Shown: in pieces, positions 50,432 to 60,188 of the stretch
Numbering within the stretch: position 1 is the stretch's first letter
How the letters are laid out: each line of letters begins with the position of its first letter
DNA from: Nitrospirota bacterium
Lineage (GTDB): Bacteria > Nitrospirota > Nitrospiria > Nitrospirales > Nitrospiraceae
Assembly: GCA_963701855.1 (NCBI GenBank)
Contig: CAVPBK010000009.1
Coordinates: forward strand, 1 to 64,000
Length of the DNA stretch: 64,000 bases
Direction: 5' to 3'
Notes under the pieces: generated by a model
The model's database searches: none
Told to the model about the DNA's origin: nothing
Seen by the model: only the letters and a program-made list of their open reading frames with translations
Program-made: the position numbers and the translations under genes

Positions 50432-51652
50432 ATGAAAAAGCACCTCGTATTCGTCGCGATGCTGATGCTGGGTCTCGGTACTGATCTGACGATGGCCGCA
50501 GTACCCGGTGATGCGCGTACCAAGAAATTTGCCATAGGCTACGAGTTCCTGAAACAAAACAAGTACCAGGAGGCGCGCGCAGCCTATGAAACCGGCCTGC
50601 AAGAATACCCGGCGAATGCCCTGGCGCACTTCTATCTCGGCGATGCCTGCCGAGGCCTGAAAGCCTGGGCCAGTGCGGAAGAACATTACGCGACATCGTT
50701 GGAGCTGGATACGAAATCTTCGGTGGCCGGGTTAGCCAGACAACGGATGCTAAAAGCCAAAATCTGGCGCTTGCTGAGCGAAGGAAAGCTGGCCATCAAC
50801 GAACCGAACACCCCACCCAAGAAGATCGCCGAGGCCAAGGACACCCTGGACATTGCGAACAAGCTGGGGCTTGATGACGAGCAACAGATCTTCTACCAAC
50901 AGGTGCTAGTGAAACTTCAGCAGCGACACACACAGAGTCATGAGAAGCCGGCGTCGGCCCCGCAGAAAAATTGGTCGATGGCACTGGTGCCAGCGGGGGA
51001 GTTCACGATGGGGAGTGCGACAGGAGATGCCGACGAACAACCGGTGCACAAAGTCTATGTGGATGCCTTTTTCATGGATATGCACCTACTGTCGGTGGCG
51101 CAATATGCGAGGTTCTTGGAAAACACGCACCATGACGTACCACCGGAGTGGAGTCTCATGAACAGACCCCAGAACCAGAATCGCCCAGTCGCCAATGTGA
51201 ATTGGGTTGATGCGGAGGCCTACTGCAAATGGGCCGGCAAGCGTCTGCCGACCGAGGCGGAATGGGAGAAAGCGGCCCGGGGGACAGATGGCCGGACCTA
51301 TCCCTGGGGAAATGAGCCTCCGACAGGGCTACACGCGAACTCAGGGAAAGAAGTCTGGAATAACCATGCAGTAGTGACACCGGTGGGATTCTTCGAAGAG
51401 GGCAAGAGTCCCTATGGTATCTATGACATGGCCGGGAATGTCTGGGAATGGGTCGGCGATTGGTATGACAAGGATTATTACAAGGCCAGTCCCTCACAGA
51501 ACCCGACAGGACCGCCAATGGGCTTGTACAAAGTGATTCGTGGCGGCTCCTGGGGCAGCAGTCGGAATAGCCTGCGCTCCTCGAACCGAGAAACCCATTT
51601 AACATCATTCCAGGGCTTCGGCACCGGGTTCCGCTGTGCGAAGACGCCGTAA
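50432..51652 (+). CDS. Exported TPR plus FGE-sulfatase (SUMF1/EgtB/PvdO-fold) protein
   Basis: Signal peptide, TPR helices, RLPTEAEWEKAARG, YDMAGNVWEW, RGGSW, GFRC. Confidence 0.92.
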   Translation: MKKHLVFVAMLMLGLGTDLTMAAVPGDARTKKFAIGYEFLKQNKYQEARAAYETGLQEYPANALAHFYLGDACRGLKAWASAEEHYATSLELDTKSSVAGLARQRMLKAKIWRLLSEGKLAINEPNTPPKKIAEAKDTLDIANKLGLDDEQQIFYQQVLVKLQQRHTQSHEKPASAPQKNWSMALVPAGEFTMGSATGDADEQPVHKVYVDAFFMDMHLLSVAQYARFLENTHHDVPPEWSLMNRPQNQNRPVANVNWVDAEAYCKWAGKRLPTEAEWEKAARGTDGRTYPWGNEPPTGLHANSGKEVWNNHAVVTPVGFFEEGKSPYGIYDMAGNVWEWVGDWYDKDYYKASPSQNPTGPPMGLYKVIRGGSWGSSRNSLRSSNRETHLTSFQGFGTGFRCAKTP

Positions 51653-51792
51653 TCTGGTTTCGTCTGTCTGGTCTATCTGGTTGGTTTAGTTGCTTGACCC
51701 AGAGAAACCAAACAAACGAGACAGACGAGACCGACCAGATAGACCAGACAGACCGAATAGACGAGACAGACCAGATGAACCAGAAAGACCAG
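51653..51792. repeat. 9-mer hairpin repeat (family A), long right arm
   Basis: TAA-TCTGGTTTC.. then GACCAGATA/GACGAGACA units. Confidence 0.8.
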
Positions 51793-51820
51793 CCACCAGC
51801 ATGGCAACCAGTCCGGCCCC

Positions 51821-52130
51821 CCCAAACGTACCTATTGCTAAAAATGCCGTACAGGTTTAATACGAGCTACCAGTTGCTTGCACGTCGCAGTGAATGTGTG
51901 CTGTGTGACTGGTTTCTCTCCCTGAATCTTCAAAGGAGCCGGCCATGAATGGCACCTCAGGCTTCCGAGAAGTGCGGTCTTCTACCTCCCGATCACCAAC
52001 AAATCGGTTGCTGCACGAGCAACGGCATCAATTCGGAACAGGTTCCTGGCACCTTCTCCGTACTCACGATCTCATTGCTCTCTCCACAGACATCAGCACA
52101 AAGAGAGAAACGGTTCCTGACACCGTTTTC
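51821..52130 (+). repeat. ~300-bp leader repeat, copy 1
   Basis: Colinear with 52140-52412 and 59801-60105. Ends GGTTCCTGACACC. Confidence 0.85.
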
Positions 52131-52139
52131 ATTCCCAAG

Positions 52140-52436
52140 CTTAATACAGGCTACCAGTTGCTAGCACGTCACCGTTTGTGTGCGCTGTGTGATTGGTTTC
52201 TCTCACTGGACTTTCGAAGGAGCCGGCCATGAATGGTGCTCAGGCTTCCGAGAAGTGCGGTCTTCTAGCTCCCGATCATCAACAAATCGGTTGCTGCACG
52301 AGCAACAGGCTCAATTCGGAACAGGTTGCTGGCACCTTCTTCGCGCTCACGATCTCGTCGCTCGCTCTACAGTTATCAGCACAAAGCAAAAAACGGTTCC
52401 TGACACCTTTTCTATCCCCTGACACCTTTTCTATCC
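52140..52436 (+). repeat. ~300-bp leader repeat, copy 2 (tandem)
   Basis: TTAATAC..CTACCAGTTG..GGAGCCGGCCATGAATGG..GGTTCCTGACACC plus a duplicated CCTGACACCTTTTCTATCC. Confidence 0.85.
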
Positions 52437-52437
52437 C

Positions 52438-52543
52438 CTCAAGCGGGTGCAAGTGATGCTCAATGATCGGCCGCGAAAGATCCTGAACTGGCATAGCCCC
52501 GCCCATGCCTTTCACCAACTGTTGCACTAGGACCTTGAATGCA
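52438..52543 (+). mobile_element. IS30-family 3' remnant
   Basis: LKRVQVMLNDRPRKILNWHSPAHAF..* (IS30 LNxRPRK C-terminus) and IR-like TGTTGCACTAGGACCTTGAATGCA. Confidence 0.75.
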
Positions 52544-52692
52544 CCCTGACACCATTTCTGGATCTCTCAATTGTAAGCGTATCGCTTCCTGCAGAAGGAG
52601 CAACGGGATTAATACGGAATAGGTTTCTGGCATAATTTCTGTCTCTTCAGAAGTTACTGACAAAGAATGAGCTTCTTCCCAGGGAGAAAAAG

Positions 52693-53463
52693 ATGCAAAA
52701 ATTAATGGCCAGTATTCTCATGCTAGCACTCCTCCTTTCGCCAGCCCTCGCAGGCAGCTTGTTGGCCGCCGACACGACTCCTCCTGCTCCTCCTGCAGGA
52801 ATAGCAATTGGCAACCCTGAAAAGGTGGACCCCTGTACCTCTTTTGCGATGATCAGTTTGCCTCTCAACTGGCCTGTGGTCGATCCCACGAAGCAACTGG
52901 GGTGGATCACACCGAAGAAACAAGAAGGGAGCGTCTTGTGCTGGGCAGCGACCACAGAGATGGCTCTAGGCTACCATGGCACGAACGTTCCGCAATGTAA
53001 GCAGGTTGATGACGAATTCTACTCTTCATCGAATCCAGGAATCTGCTGTCAGAGGGTTGCTCAGAACCTTCCGCTTACCTCTACCATATGCGATAGGACG
53101 GATTGGAACCCGCCCAACTTCAACCGGTATGGGTTCCACGTGAAGACGAATCTTACGATTACCGACTGGTCTCAGCTACAGACCTATATTTGCCTAAAAC
53201 AAAGTCCATTTATTTATTTCTCCGAATACAACGGAGGGGGTGAACATACCGTTTTGGTGTACGGATATGACGGGAGCGTGAATCATGTCTTTATCGTCGA
53301 TCCAGACAATCCTGCTACGGGCCCATCGCTTGATACTACATGGGACTTCGACACCTATTTTAAAGGCGGGGTAGATCCATATCTCGTCCATACGCGAGAC
53401 TATGTCGATATTTGTCCCAATACGTCACTAGACCCCAGCGGATCATGTCAAATTGTTTATTAA
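52693..53463 (+). CDS. Secreted papain-like cysteine peptidase (C39-like)
   Basis: Signal peptide. Q..LCWAA, GEHTVLVYGY and IVDP give a Cys-His-Asp triad. Confidence 0.75.
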   Translation: MQKLMASILMLALLLSPALAGSLLAADTTPPAPPAGIAIGNPEKVDPCTSFAMISLPLNWPVVDPTKQLGWITPKKQEGSVLCWAATTEMALGYHGTNVPQCKQVDDEFYSSSNPGICCQRVAQNLPLTSTICDRTDWNPPNFNRYGFHVKTNLTITDWSQLQTYICLKQSPFIYFSEYNGGGEHTVLVYGYDGSVNHVFIVDPDNPATGPSLDTTWDFDTYFKGGVDPYLVHTRDYVDICPNTSLDPSGSCQIVY

Positions 53464-53477
53464 CTAATGAGAATGCC

Positions 53478-54147
53478 ATGCGTAAGACCTCACGCTCCAT
53501 GCCAAAACTCCTTCTGTTAGTCGCAGGGATATGCGTTCAGCTCTTTGTTATCGCGGGCTGTTCGACAATCGCGCAGAAGGAGCGTGAGCAGGAAGCTGCT
53601 AACAAAGGCCTGGACCTTTTGCGTGAGATCACACAAAAGCCCACGTTTAGGCAGACATTTCAAAACTATGGATTCGATTCACCGGAGCAAGCGACCGATC
53701 TTGAATTCGGGCGTCTCCTTCAAATTTATTGGGTTCGCTTGGATCGCCTGCGGCAATTCCATTCCGGAAATGACGCACAACAACTGCTGGAACCGCCGTT
53801 CGAAGTGATACATCCGATCAAAGCTTCACGGGCAAGTTACATCCTCAATCACAGTAACATTCTCCCGGAACCACAAGACATGGAAGGCTTCGCGTTTTGG
53901 CGCATCTACCTTGATCCGTCTGCTGACACAGTTCCCACAATATAAGAATTCAAACTCGAGTTTTGTGGTCCGAATCCCAGCGCTCAATCTCTATTTTCTC
54001 GGCGACCATATCAGCGGGCAACTCCTGTTGACCGCGATCGTTACTCGACCAGAGTTTCATTGGGAGGCGGGCCAGACGCTGCCAGCTCAGGAGATATTCT
54101 CCAGACTCGTGTTAGCGGCGAGAGCCCGTGGCGACGGACCCGGTTAA
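53478..54147 (+). pseudogene. Lipoprotein, one frameshift near 53825
   Basis: Lipobox IAGC. C-terminal part in ORF 53911-54147. Confidence 0.6.
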
Positions 54148-54194
54148 GACATCGCGTTTCTTGTGACCGTTCAACCAACCAAGGAGGGTAGCAG

Positions 54195-54497
54195 ATGAAG
54201 ACAATGTGTATGTTTCCTAAAGTGGGCATGCAAATGTTAGTAGTCGTGTTTTTCTTGGCGATCTTGGGTGGATGTATCACGCTGGACTGTAAGGACTGTT
54301 GTGGAGGGCCCGGAGGAAACTGCCCTAACGCTGATGCGTCTCTTGAACCATCCCTTGCAAGCCCCGGGCACACTTGCGTCGCTGGCAGTCTCAAATGTCA
54401 AGACCACCGCAAATGCAATCCACCACAAAAAACTTGCCAAGATGTCTATGCTGCCATCGATGCAACGACGGGGACCTGCGGTTGTTCGTGTAAGTAA
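54195..54497 (+). CDS. Small Cys-rich lipoprotein
   Basis: RBS AGGAGG, lipobox LGGC, many Cys, ends CGCSCK. Confidence 0.7.
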   Translation: MKTMCMFPKVGMQMLVVVFFLAILGGCITLDCKDCCGGPGGNCPNADASLEPSLASPGHTCVAGSLKCQDHRKCNPPQKTCQDVYAAIDATTGTCGCSCK

Positions 54498-54763
54498 CAA
54501 CTGCCGCTTCCGGTTCCAGCGGTCAACCAGCTGGAACTGCTGCTCAGGAGGAAAATAAACATATTCCATCAAAACCTCCCACAAAACATGCTACTTCTCG
54601 CACTTTACGCGAATTAGAGGTGGATTAAAACTTTACTCAACAGTACTTTTCAGAACAAGTCAGTATTGATAGAGATGCGTCGTCCGAATGCTGCACGCAC
54701 GAAAAGCAGGCACAGCATGTGTTGTCCCCTTGAAGTTCGGTCAGGTAACCGGAGGATAGTGCC

Positions 54764-57700
54764 ATGAGCATTCGTCGCTCCGATCAGCGTTCAGCGAATC
54801 CCTCCTTTCTGTCGATTTTAGGTCTCACGGGACTTCTTGTCTTTCTATGTCACGCCAAACCAGAGATCATTGACGATGCCTACGCCGAGACCACGTCTCC
54901 GATTACGTCATCAGGGCTGAACACGACCATTACGCACTCTGGTTCCACGTATGATATTACAGGTGGAACCAGGCCGGGGAACGGTCCCAATCTTTATCAT
55001 AGCTTCGGTGAGTTTGGAGTTCCTGCCAATAACATCGCCAACTTCCTGAACGAGACTCCCAATCTGACGACTTCCAATATCCTTGGTCGTGTGACCGGAG
55101 GGAATCCGTCTAATATTTTCGGTACCATTCAAACCACTGGATTCGGCAACGCAAATCTCTTTTTGATGAATCCGGCCGGCTTTTTGTTCGGTCCGAACGC
55201 CACCGTGAACGTCGGTGGAATGGTGTCTTTCACCAGCGCTGATTACCTCAGACTCACGGACAATGCGCGGTTCAACGCCATCCCTAATACCGCAGTGGAT
55301 TCCTTGTTAACTGCCTCGCCGCTGATCGCCTTTGGATTCCTGGGATCAAATCCCGGAGCAATCACCGTTCAGGGCAGCCAGTTCATGGTAACGCAGGGAA
55401 GCGGCATCTCGCTGGTCGGCGGGAATATCACAATTCAATCTGGCACCCTCAACGACGGCACGGTCCAACCAGCCAAGCTTACTGCCCAGGGTGGTCAAAT
55501 CAACCTCACCAGCATCGCATCGGCTGGAGAAATACTCTCCTCAAATCTACAGTTAGGAGAGAATGTAAATGGCACGTCATTCACTTCCCTGGGGGGCATC
55601 ACAATTAGTCAGGATGCCCGAATCGACACCGCGGGGGCTATCGGTGGCACCATCGCGATTCGCGGTGGTCAACTCACAATAAGGGACGGCGCTACGATCG
55701 CCAGTGAATCAAGTTCGAGCCCTTCACCATCACCAGGCTCGGTCACCATCAGCGGAGCTGGCGTCCAAATGACAGGTGCAAATGTGATGGTCAACGGAAC
55801 GAATGTATCTGTGACGGGCTCCAAAGTGACTGCGGCCAATCTCGACGGCTCAGGAGGAATGATCACAATCACGGCGGGAAGTGCGGATCATCCAGGAAAT
55901 GTAACTGTGGCTCAGAATGCCCTACTGGACGCCAGCGGTACCAGGGGCGGCAGTATTAGCATCCGAGGTAAACAGTTGGTGGTGGACAACGCCACAATTT
56001 CAGCAGACAACAGAAATGCGGACGGCGCATCTATCGCCATTAACATAAATGTTACTGGAGACCTGTCCATAACCGATGCCCGAGGGATTCCCGCGATGAC
56101 GGCGCGAAATATGGGCACGGGAAATTCTGGCGAAATACGGTTGACCTCAGGCAATTTAGTAGCGACATCAAGCTTCAAACCTTCCTCTTTCACCACTACG
56201 TTGATTGATTCCCACACCTCGGGAGAGGGTCGAGGCGGAGACGTCTGTATCACTACAGGCAATCTCACTGTAGCAGGACCAAATAGTAACGCGTTTTTCT
56301 TTATCGATAGCGGAACGGTGGGGAATGGGCGTGGAGGAAATGTCTCAATCCAAGCCAACATAGTGGACCTCAACTGGACATCAATCAGTACGGGCCAATT
56401 CAACGTAAGTGCCCTGGTGGAAGACACCAGCGGCATCAATGGTTCAGCCGGCGACTTGACCATCGCCGCCGACACATTACGGCTCAGGAATTCTATTCTC
56501 GACACAGGTGCCTTCCTTGGACTATCCGAGTTCCAGAAGGGAGGAGATATCACCATCAATGCGCGTGACATCTCCATGATGAACACCCAAGCTGGCTCGA
56601 CTGGTCTTGACGGCGGTGGGACTTTCGTTATTAAGGCCGACAGGCTCGTAACAGACTTCACCTTCTTCGAAACAGATACGGTGTCCGGACCAGGGGGGGG
56701 AGTTAAAGTTAACGCTCGCGCAGTTGAGTTGACAAACGGAAGTGCCTTAATCAGCAGTACATTCGGCGACGGCAATGCAGGAGATATATATGTGACTGCC
56801 ACTGACCATGTAAATCTCATAGGTCGTACCGGTCCAAATCCTCAGGGAAAGTTTGAGCCAAGTGGTCTCTTCAGCAACTCGTTCGGAGATTTGGGTAGTC
56901 ATGGGAATGCGGGGAATATCGCTGTGACCACACCAAGGCTAGACATGATCGGTGGTCGAATCAATACTGTCACAGCATCGAGTGGTAACGGTGGAAACGT
57001 GACGCTCAATGTAACGGATAAGATCTCGATATCTGGAGAGTTTCTTTCAGATCCGAACATTGTGCCTTCAATTTTTATCTTAGGTCCTCTTGCGCCGAGC
57101 GGGATCGTTACTCAGACAATCGGCAGCGAATCCTGTTCGGGACCCTGCGGCAATGCCGGAAACGTGTCAATCACGACTGGCTCGCTGATTATGGGCAGCG
57201 GCGCCCAGATTGATGCCGGCACCAGCGGTGCCATGCCAGGAGGCGCCATTACTGTCCATGCGACGGATACGATCTCGATGTCTGGAACATTGAGTAATGG
57301 CTCCCCTGTCGGCATTTTCAGTCGCGCGTTCTCGACCGAACCCGGTTCTGGAGCCGGCGGCAACATTGCTCTCACAGCCGGGCAGTCCGTTATGATCTCA
57401 AATGGTGCCTCCGTCTCCGCGAGTAGCACCGGACCTGGCACCACGGGCAACATTCAGATCAATGCCGGCAGCCTATTTGCGATGACAAATCATAGCTCAG
57501 TGACGACAGAAGCCGACCAGGCAAGCGGTGGCGCAATCAAGATCTCTACGACTCCCAACGGCACGGTCCAGCTTACCGATAGCAAGATCAGTGCGTCGGT
57601 TCTCAACGGTGCAGGTGGTGGCGGCAGCGTGAATATCGATCCGCAGCTCGTCATTTTTCTGAACAGCCAGATCCTGGCCAACGCGGTGAATGGACCGGGC

Positions 57701-58150
57701 GGGAATATTTCCATCACGACCAATTTCCTGTTGCCGGACGCGAACAGCACGATCAGCGCCTCCTCGCAATTCGGCGTGAACGGCACCGTGACGATTCAAT
57801 CGCCAAACGCTCCGATTAGCGGCCATATTCAGCCGCTGGGAAAGACACCACTGATCGCAACGTCGCTGCTCAATCAACGCTGCGCATCGTTGGCCGGCGG
57901 TGAGTTTAGCAGCTTCACCGTGGCAGGCCGGGACAGTTTGCCAACTGAGCCGGGCAGCTGGCTCACCAGCCCACTGGCCCTGAGCTTGGCCGGGACCGGG
58001 AGCGGCACCTTGCCCGATAAAGGTGTACGCGCAGGCATCGATAATGATCCTGCACGTGAGACCACAGTTCTGTCGTTGCGACAGATCGCACCGGCTGGCT
58101 TCCTGACCCAGGCCTTCGCGGTGGATGAGCCGACAGGCTGTCAATCATGA
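54764..58150 (+). CDS. Filamentous haemagglutinin N-terminal (TPS) domain beta-helical exoprotein
   Basis: NLYHSFGEF, NILGRVTGG, NLFLMNPAGFLFGPNA, many GG.(I/V).I repeats, C-terminal ASSQFG..C..SSFTVAGR. Confidence 0.92.
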   Translation: MSIRRSDQRSANPSFLSILGLTGLLVFLCHAKPEIIDDAYAETTSPITSSGLNTTITHSGSTYDITGGTRPGNGPNLYHSFGEFGVPANNIANFLNETPNLTTSNILGRVTGGNPSNIFGTIQTTGFGNANLFLMNPAGFLFGPNATVNVGGMVSFTSADYLRLTDNARFNAIPNTAVDSLLTASPLIAFGFLGSNPGAITVQGSQFMVTQGSGISLVGGNITIQSGTLNDGTVQPAKLTAQGGQINLTSIASAGEILSSNLQLGENVNGTSFTSLGGITISQDARIDTAGAIGGTIAIRGGQLTIRDGATIASESSSSPSPSPGSVTISGAGVQMTGANVMVNGTNVSVTGSKVTAANLDGSGGMITITAGSADHPGNVTVAQNALLDASGTRGGSISIRGKQLVVDNATISADNRNADGASIAININVTGDLSITDARGIPAMTARNMGTGNSGEIRLTSGNLVATSSFKPSSFTTTLIDSHTSGEGRGGDVCITTGNLTVAGPNSNAFFFIDSGTVGNGRGGNVSIQANIVDLNWTSISTGQFNVSALVEDTSGINGSAGDLTIAADTLRLRNSILDTGAFLGLSEFQKGGDITINARDISMMNTQAGSTGLDGGGTFVIKADRLVTDFTFFETDTVSGPGGGVKVNARAVELTNGSALISSTFGDGNAGDIYVTATDHVNLIGRTGPNPQGKFEPSGLFSNSFGDLGSHGNAGNIAVTTPRLDMIGGRINTVTASSGNGGNVTLNVTDKISISGEFLSDPNIVPSIFILGPLAPSGIVTQTIGSESCSGPCGNAGNVSITTGSLIMGSGAQIDAGTSGAMPGGAITVHATDTISMSGTLSNGSPVGIFSRAFSTEPGSGAGGNIALTAGQSVMISNGASVSASSTGPGTTGNIQINAGSLFAMTNHSSVTTEADQASGGAIKISTTPNGTVQLTDSKISASVLNGAGGGGSVNIDPQLVIFLNSQILANAVNGPGGNISITTNFLLPDANSTISASSQFGVNGTVTIQSPNAPISGHIQPLGKTPLIATSLLNQRCASLAGGEFSSFTVAGRDSLPTEPGSWLTSPLALSLAGTGSGTLPDKGVRAGIDNDPARETTVLSLRQIAPAGFLTQAFAVDEPTGCQS

Positions 58151-58174
58151 CCCATCGCGCTTGCGCGTGAAGCG

Positions 58175-58216
58175 TCTGTCTGGTTCATCTGGTCTATCTG
58201 GATGAGTTGGTTCATC
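58175..58216. repeat. Family A half-element
   Basis: TCTGTCTGGTTCATCTGGTCTATCTGG. Confidence 0.6.
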
Positions 58217-58441
58217 GTGAAGCGGCATGGGGAATGTTGGATGTTGAATTGTCGGCGTAGGACTCGCTCTGACGATTTCTGAACATGCACCATTCAAAAT
58301 CGGCTTTCGATTGCGGGTCGGACGCGATGGTGATGGGTGGTTCTGCGCAGATAATGAGATTTTCATGCGTTTTATGGGTACAATAGGAGCCATCGAGACC
58401 CAAATCAAAGGAATGAGTGGAGAGTTGAGGAGGAACCCACG

Positions 58442-58678
58442 ATGCGACAGACGATCAAAGCCCGCTACCATGACGGAGTCTTACAGCCGTTGGAGCCCCT
58501 AGCGCTCGCGGACGACGCGGAAGTGCAGGTCACGGTGGACACCGAGATGGCTGTCAGTGCCGAGGAAATTTTGCGACGTGCCGCACGGGTCTACCAGGGG
58601 CTCACCGCCGAAGACATCGCGCATGTGGAGGCCATCGCCTTGGACCGGCAGCACTTCTTCCGTGAACCGTCCGCCTAA
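58442..58678 (+). CDS. Antitoxin, AF2212/DUF104-like
   Basis: TIKARYHDGVLQPLEPLAL..EVQVTV. TAATG coupling to the PIN gene. Confidence 0.85.
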   Translation: MRQTIKARYHDGVLQPLEPLALADDAEVQVTVDTEMAVSAEEILRRAARVYQGLTAEDIAHVEAIALDRQHFFREPSA

Positions 58679-59088
58679 TGCCTCAACCCGCAGTCCTGCT
58701 TGACATCGATATTCTCTCTGAACTCCTCAAACAACATCCGCTCGTCCTGCAACGGGTACGGACCTATCTCGCCGAACACGAGCGGCTCGCCTTCTCGATC
58801 ATCACCCGCTATGAACTGCTCCGCGGGCTGAAAGCCAAACAGGCGCAGACCCAGGAGGCGGCATTTACGCTCCTGTGTCAGGCCAGCCTCATCCTTCCGC
58901 TCACTGACCAGGTGGTGGACCGCGCCGCCACGTTGTATGGTGAACTCCATCGGCAGGGTGCCCTGCTCCCCGATGCGGATCTGCTCATTGCCGCGACGGC
59001 GCTGGAAGCCCAGCGCATATTGGTCACAAACAACCTCGCTCACTTTCAGCGCGTGCCCCATTTAGTCATCGAGACCTGGAAGCGGTAA
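58678..59088 (+). CDS. vapC: PIN-domain toxin
   Basis: LLDIDILS, YELLRG, DLLIAATA, LVTNN..HFQRV. Confidence 0.9.
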   Translation: MPQPAVLLDIDILSELLKQHPLVLQRVRTYLAEHERLAFSIITRYELLRGLKAKQAQTQEAAFTLLCQASLILPLTDQVVDRAATLYGELHRQGALLPDADLLIAATALEAQRILVTNNLAHFQRVPHLVIETWKR

Positions 59089-59362
59089 CGCGAGCCACAC
59101 CCTCCTGCCCGATGCAAACCTAGCTTGTCCGGATCCTGACGCGCTGTCTTCCGGTGCTCCGACAGCTCCTGTCATGGCTGCATCGGCTCGTACGACGGCG
59201 ATGGCCACATACCGGTAGCCAGGCCTCACCACCCCATCGAGTCTTTGCCCAGCTAAAGCCACAGCAGGAACCACGCGGTGGCGGGATCGAGCAATCACTC
59301 CCCACCTCGCCGTTTCCTTCCTCTGCTTCGAAGTGCCCAGCCACGCAACGACTCCATTGAGT

Positions 59363-59462
59363 TCTTTTATCTATCTGGTCTGACTGGTTGGTCTGGTTGC
59401 TTGACCCAGAGAACCCAAACAATCAGATAAACGAGACAGACAATACAGACGAGATAGACCAA
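59363..59462. repeat. 9-mer hairpin repeat (family A)
   Basis: Closest to the 51653 copy (GTTGCTTGACCCAGAGAA core). Confidence 0.8.
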
Positions 59463-59469
59463 AGCGCGT

Positions 59470-59637
59470 CTGAATCCATTTTGATTCTCGTAGAATCAAA
59501 ATGGATTCAGTTGAAATATGGCTAGTTATGTTCTCTGCCTCCTAGTTTCCTTTGACATCGCGAAATCCTGGCATTTTTAAGGCAACCAAAAAAGATTTTC
59601 CAAGGCCGACTACAGAATCCGCTGGCACAACGATTGC
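59470..59637 (+). promoter_or_regulatory. sigma54 promoter with upstream palindromic enhancer, copy 2
   Basis: Perfect 19-bp IR CTGAATCCATTTTGATTCT-CGT-AGAATCAAAATGGATTCAG at 59470-59510. TGGCACAACGATTGC at 59623-59637. Confidence 0.85.
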
Positions 59638-59661
59638 GCTATACCTCACGTTATGGAAGGC

Positions 59662-59736
59662 AGTTGTGAGTTCTGAGTGTGTGTTGTGCGTGAGTTTCGG
59701 ACAACTCAGTATCCCCCAACTTAGAACTCAGAACTA
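59662..59736. repeat. Heptamer inverted repeat (family E, short)
   Basis: AGTTGTGAGTTCTGAGT..ACTTAGAACTCAGAACT. Confidence 0.6.
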
Positions 59737-59800
59737 GTTCACGCTTCACGCAGCGGATATGAGACGGGATAAGGTGATCTGGTCTGTCTAGTCCATATAA

Positions 59801-60105
59801 CCCAAAATATCTATTGCTAATAATGCCGTACAGGTTTAATACGGGGTACCAGTTGGTAGCGCGTCACTGTTTATGTGTACTGTCCGGCTGGCTTTCCTCA
59901 CTGGACTTTCAACGGAGCCGGCCATGATTGGCACCTTAGGCTTCCAAGAAGTGTGGTCTTCTCCCTCCCGATCATCAGCCTTGGTTCCTCGAAGAGCAAC
60001 GGCATCGATTTGGAACAGATGCCTGGCATCGTTTACGTACGCACGATCTCATCGCTCTCTCCACAGACATCAGCACAAAGCGAGTAAAGGTTCCTGACAC
60101 CATTC
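59801..60105 (+). repeat. ~300-bp leader repeat, copy 3
   Basis: CTATTGCTAA.AATGCCGTACAGGTTTAATAC..CTCTCTCCACAGACATCAGCACAAAG..GGTTCCTGACACC. Confidence 0.85.
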
Positions 60106-60188
60106 TCAGAACCTCAATACTCTCATTAAAAACGCAGGAATGGGGCATCGAAGGGAGCCGCAATTCCTATCAAACCAGGAGGGCACAG

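Noticed and set aside
59120..59290. Possible transposase N-terminal remnant (HRVFAQLKP)
   Set aside because: Too short, with no catalytic motif or terminal repeat to support a call.
3436..59462. CRISPR array among the short repeats
   Set aside because: Units are degenerate tandem 7-9-mers without unique regular spacers, and no cas genes are present.
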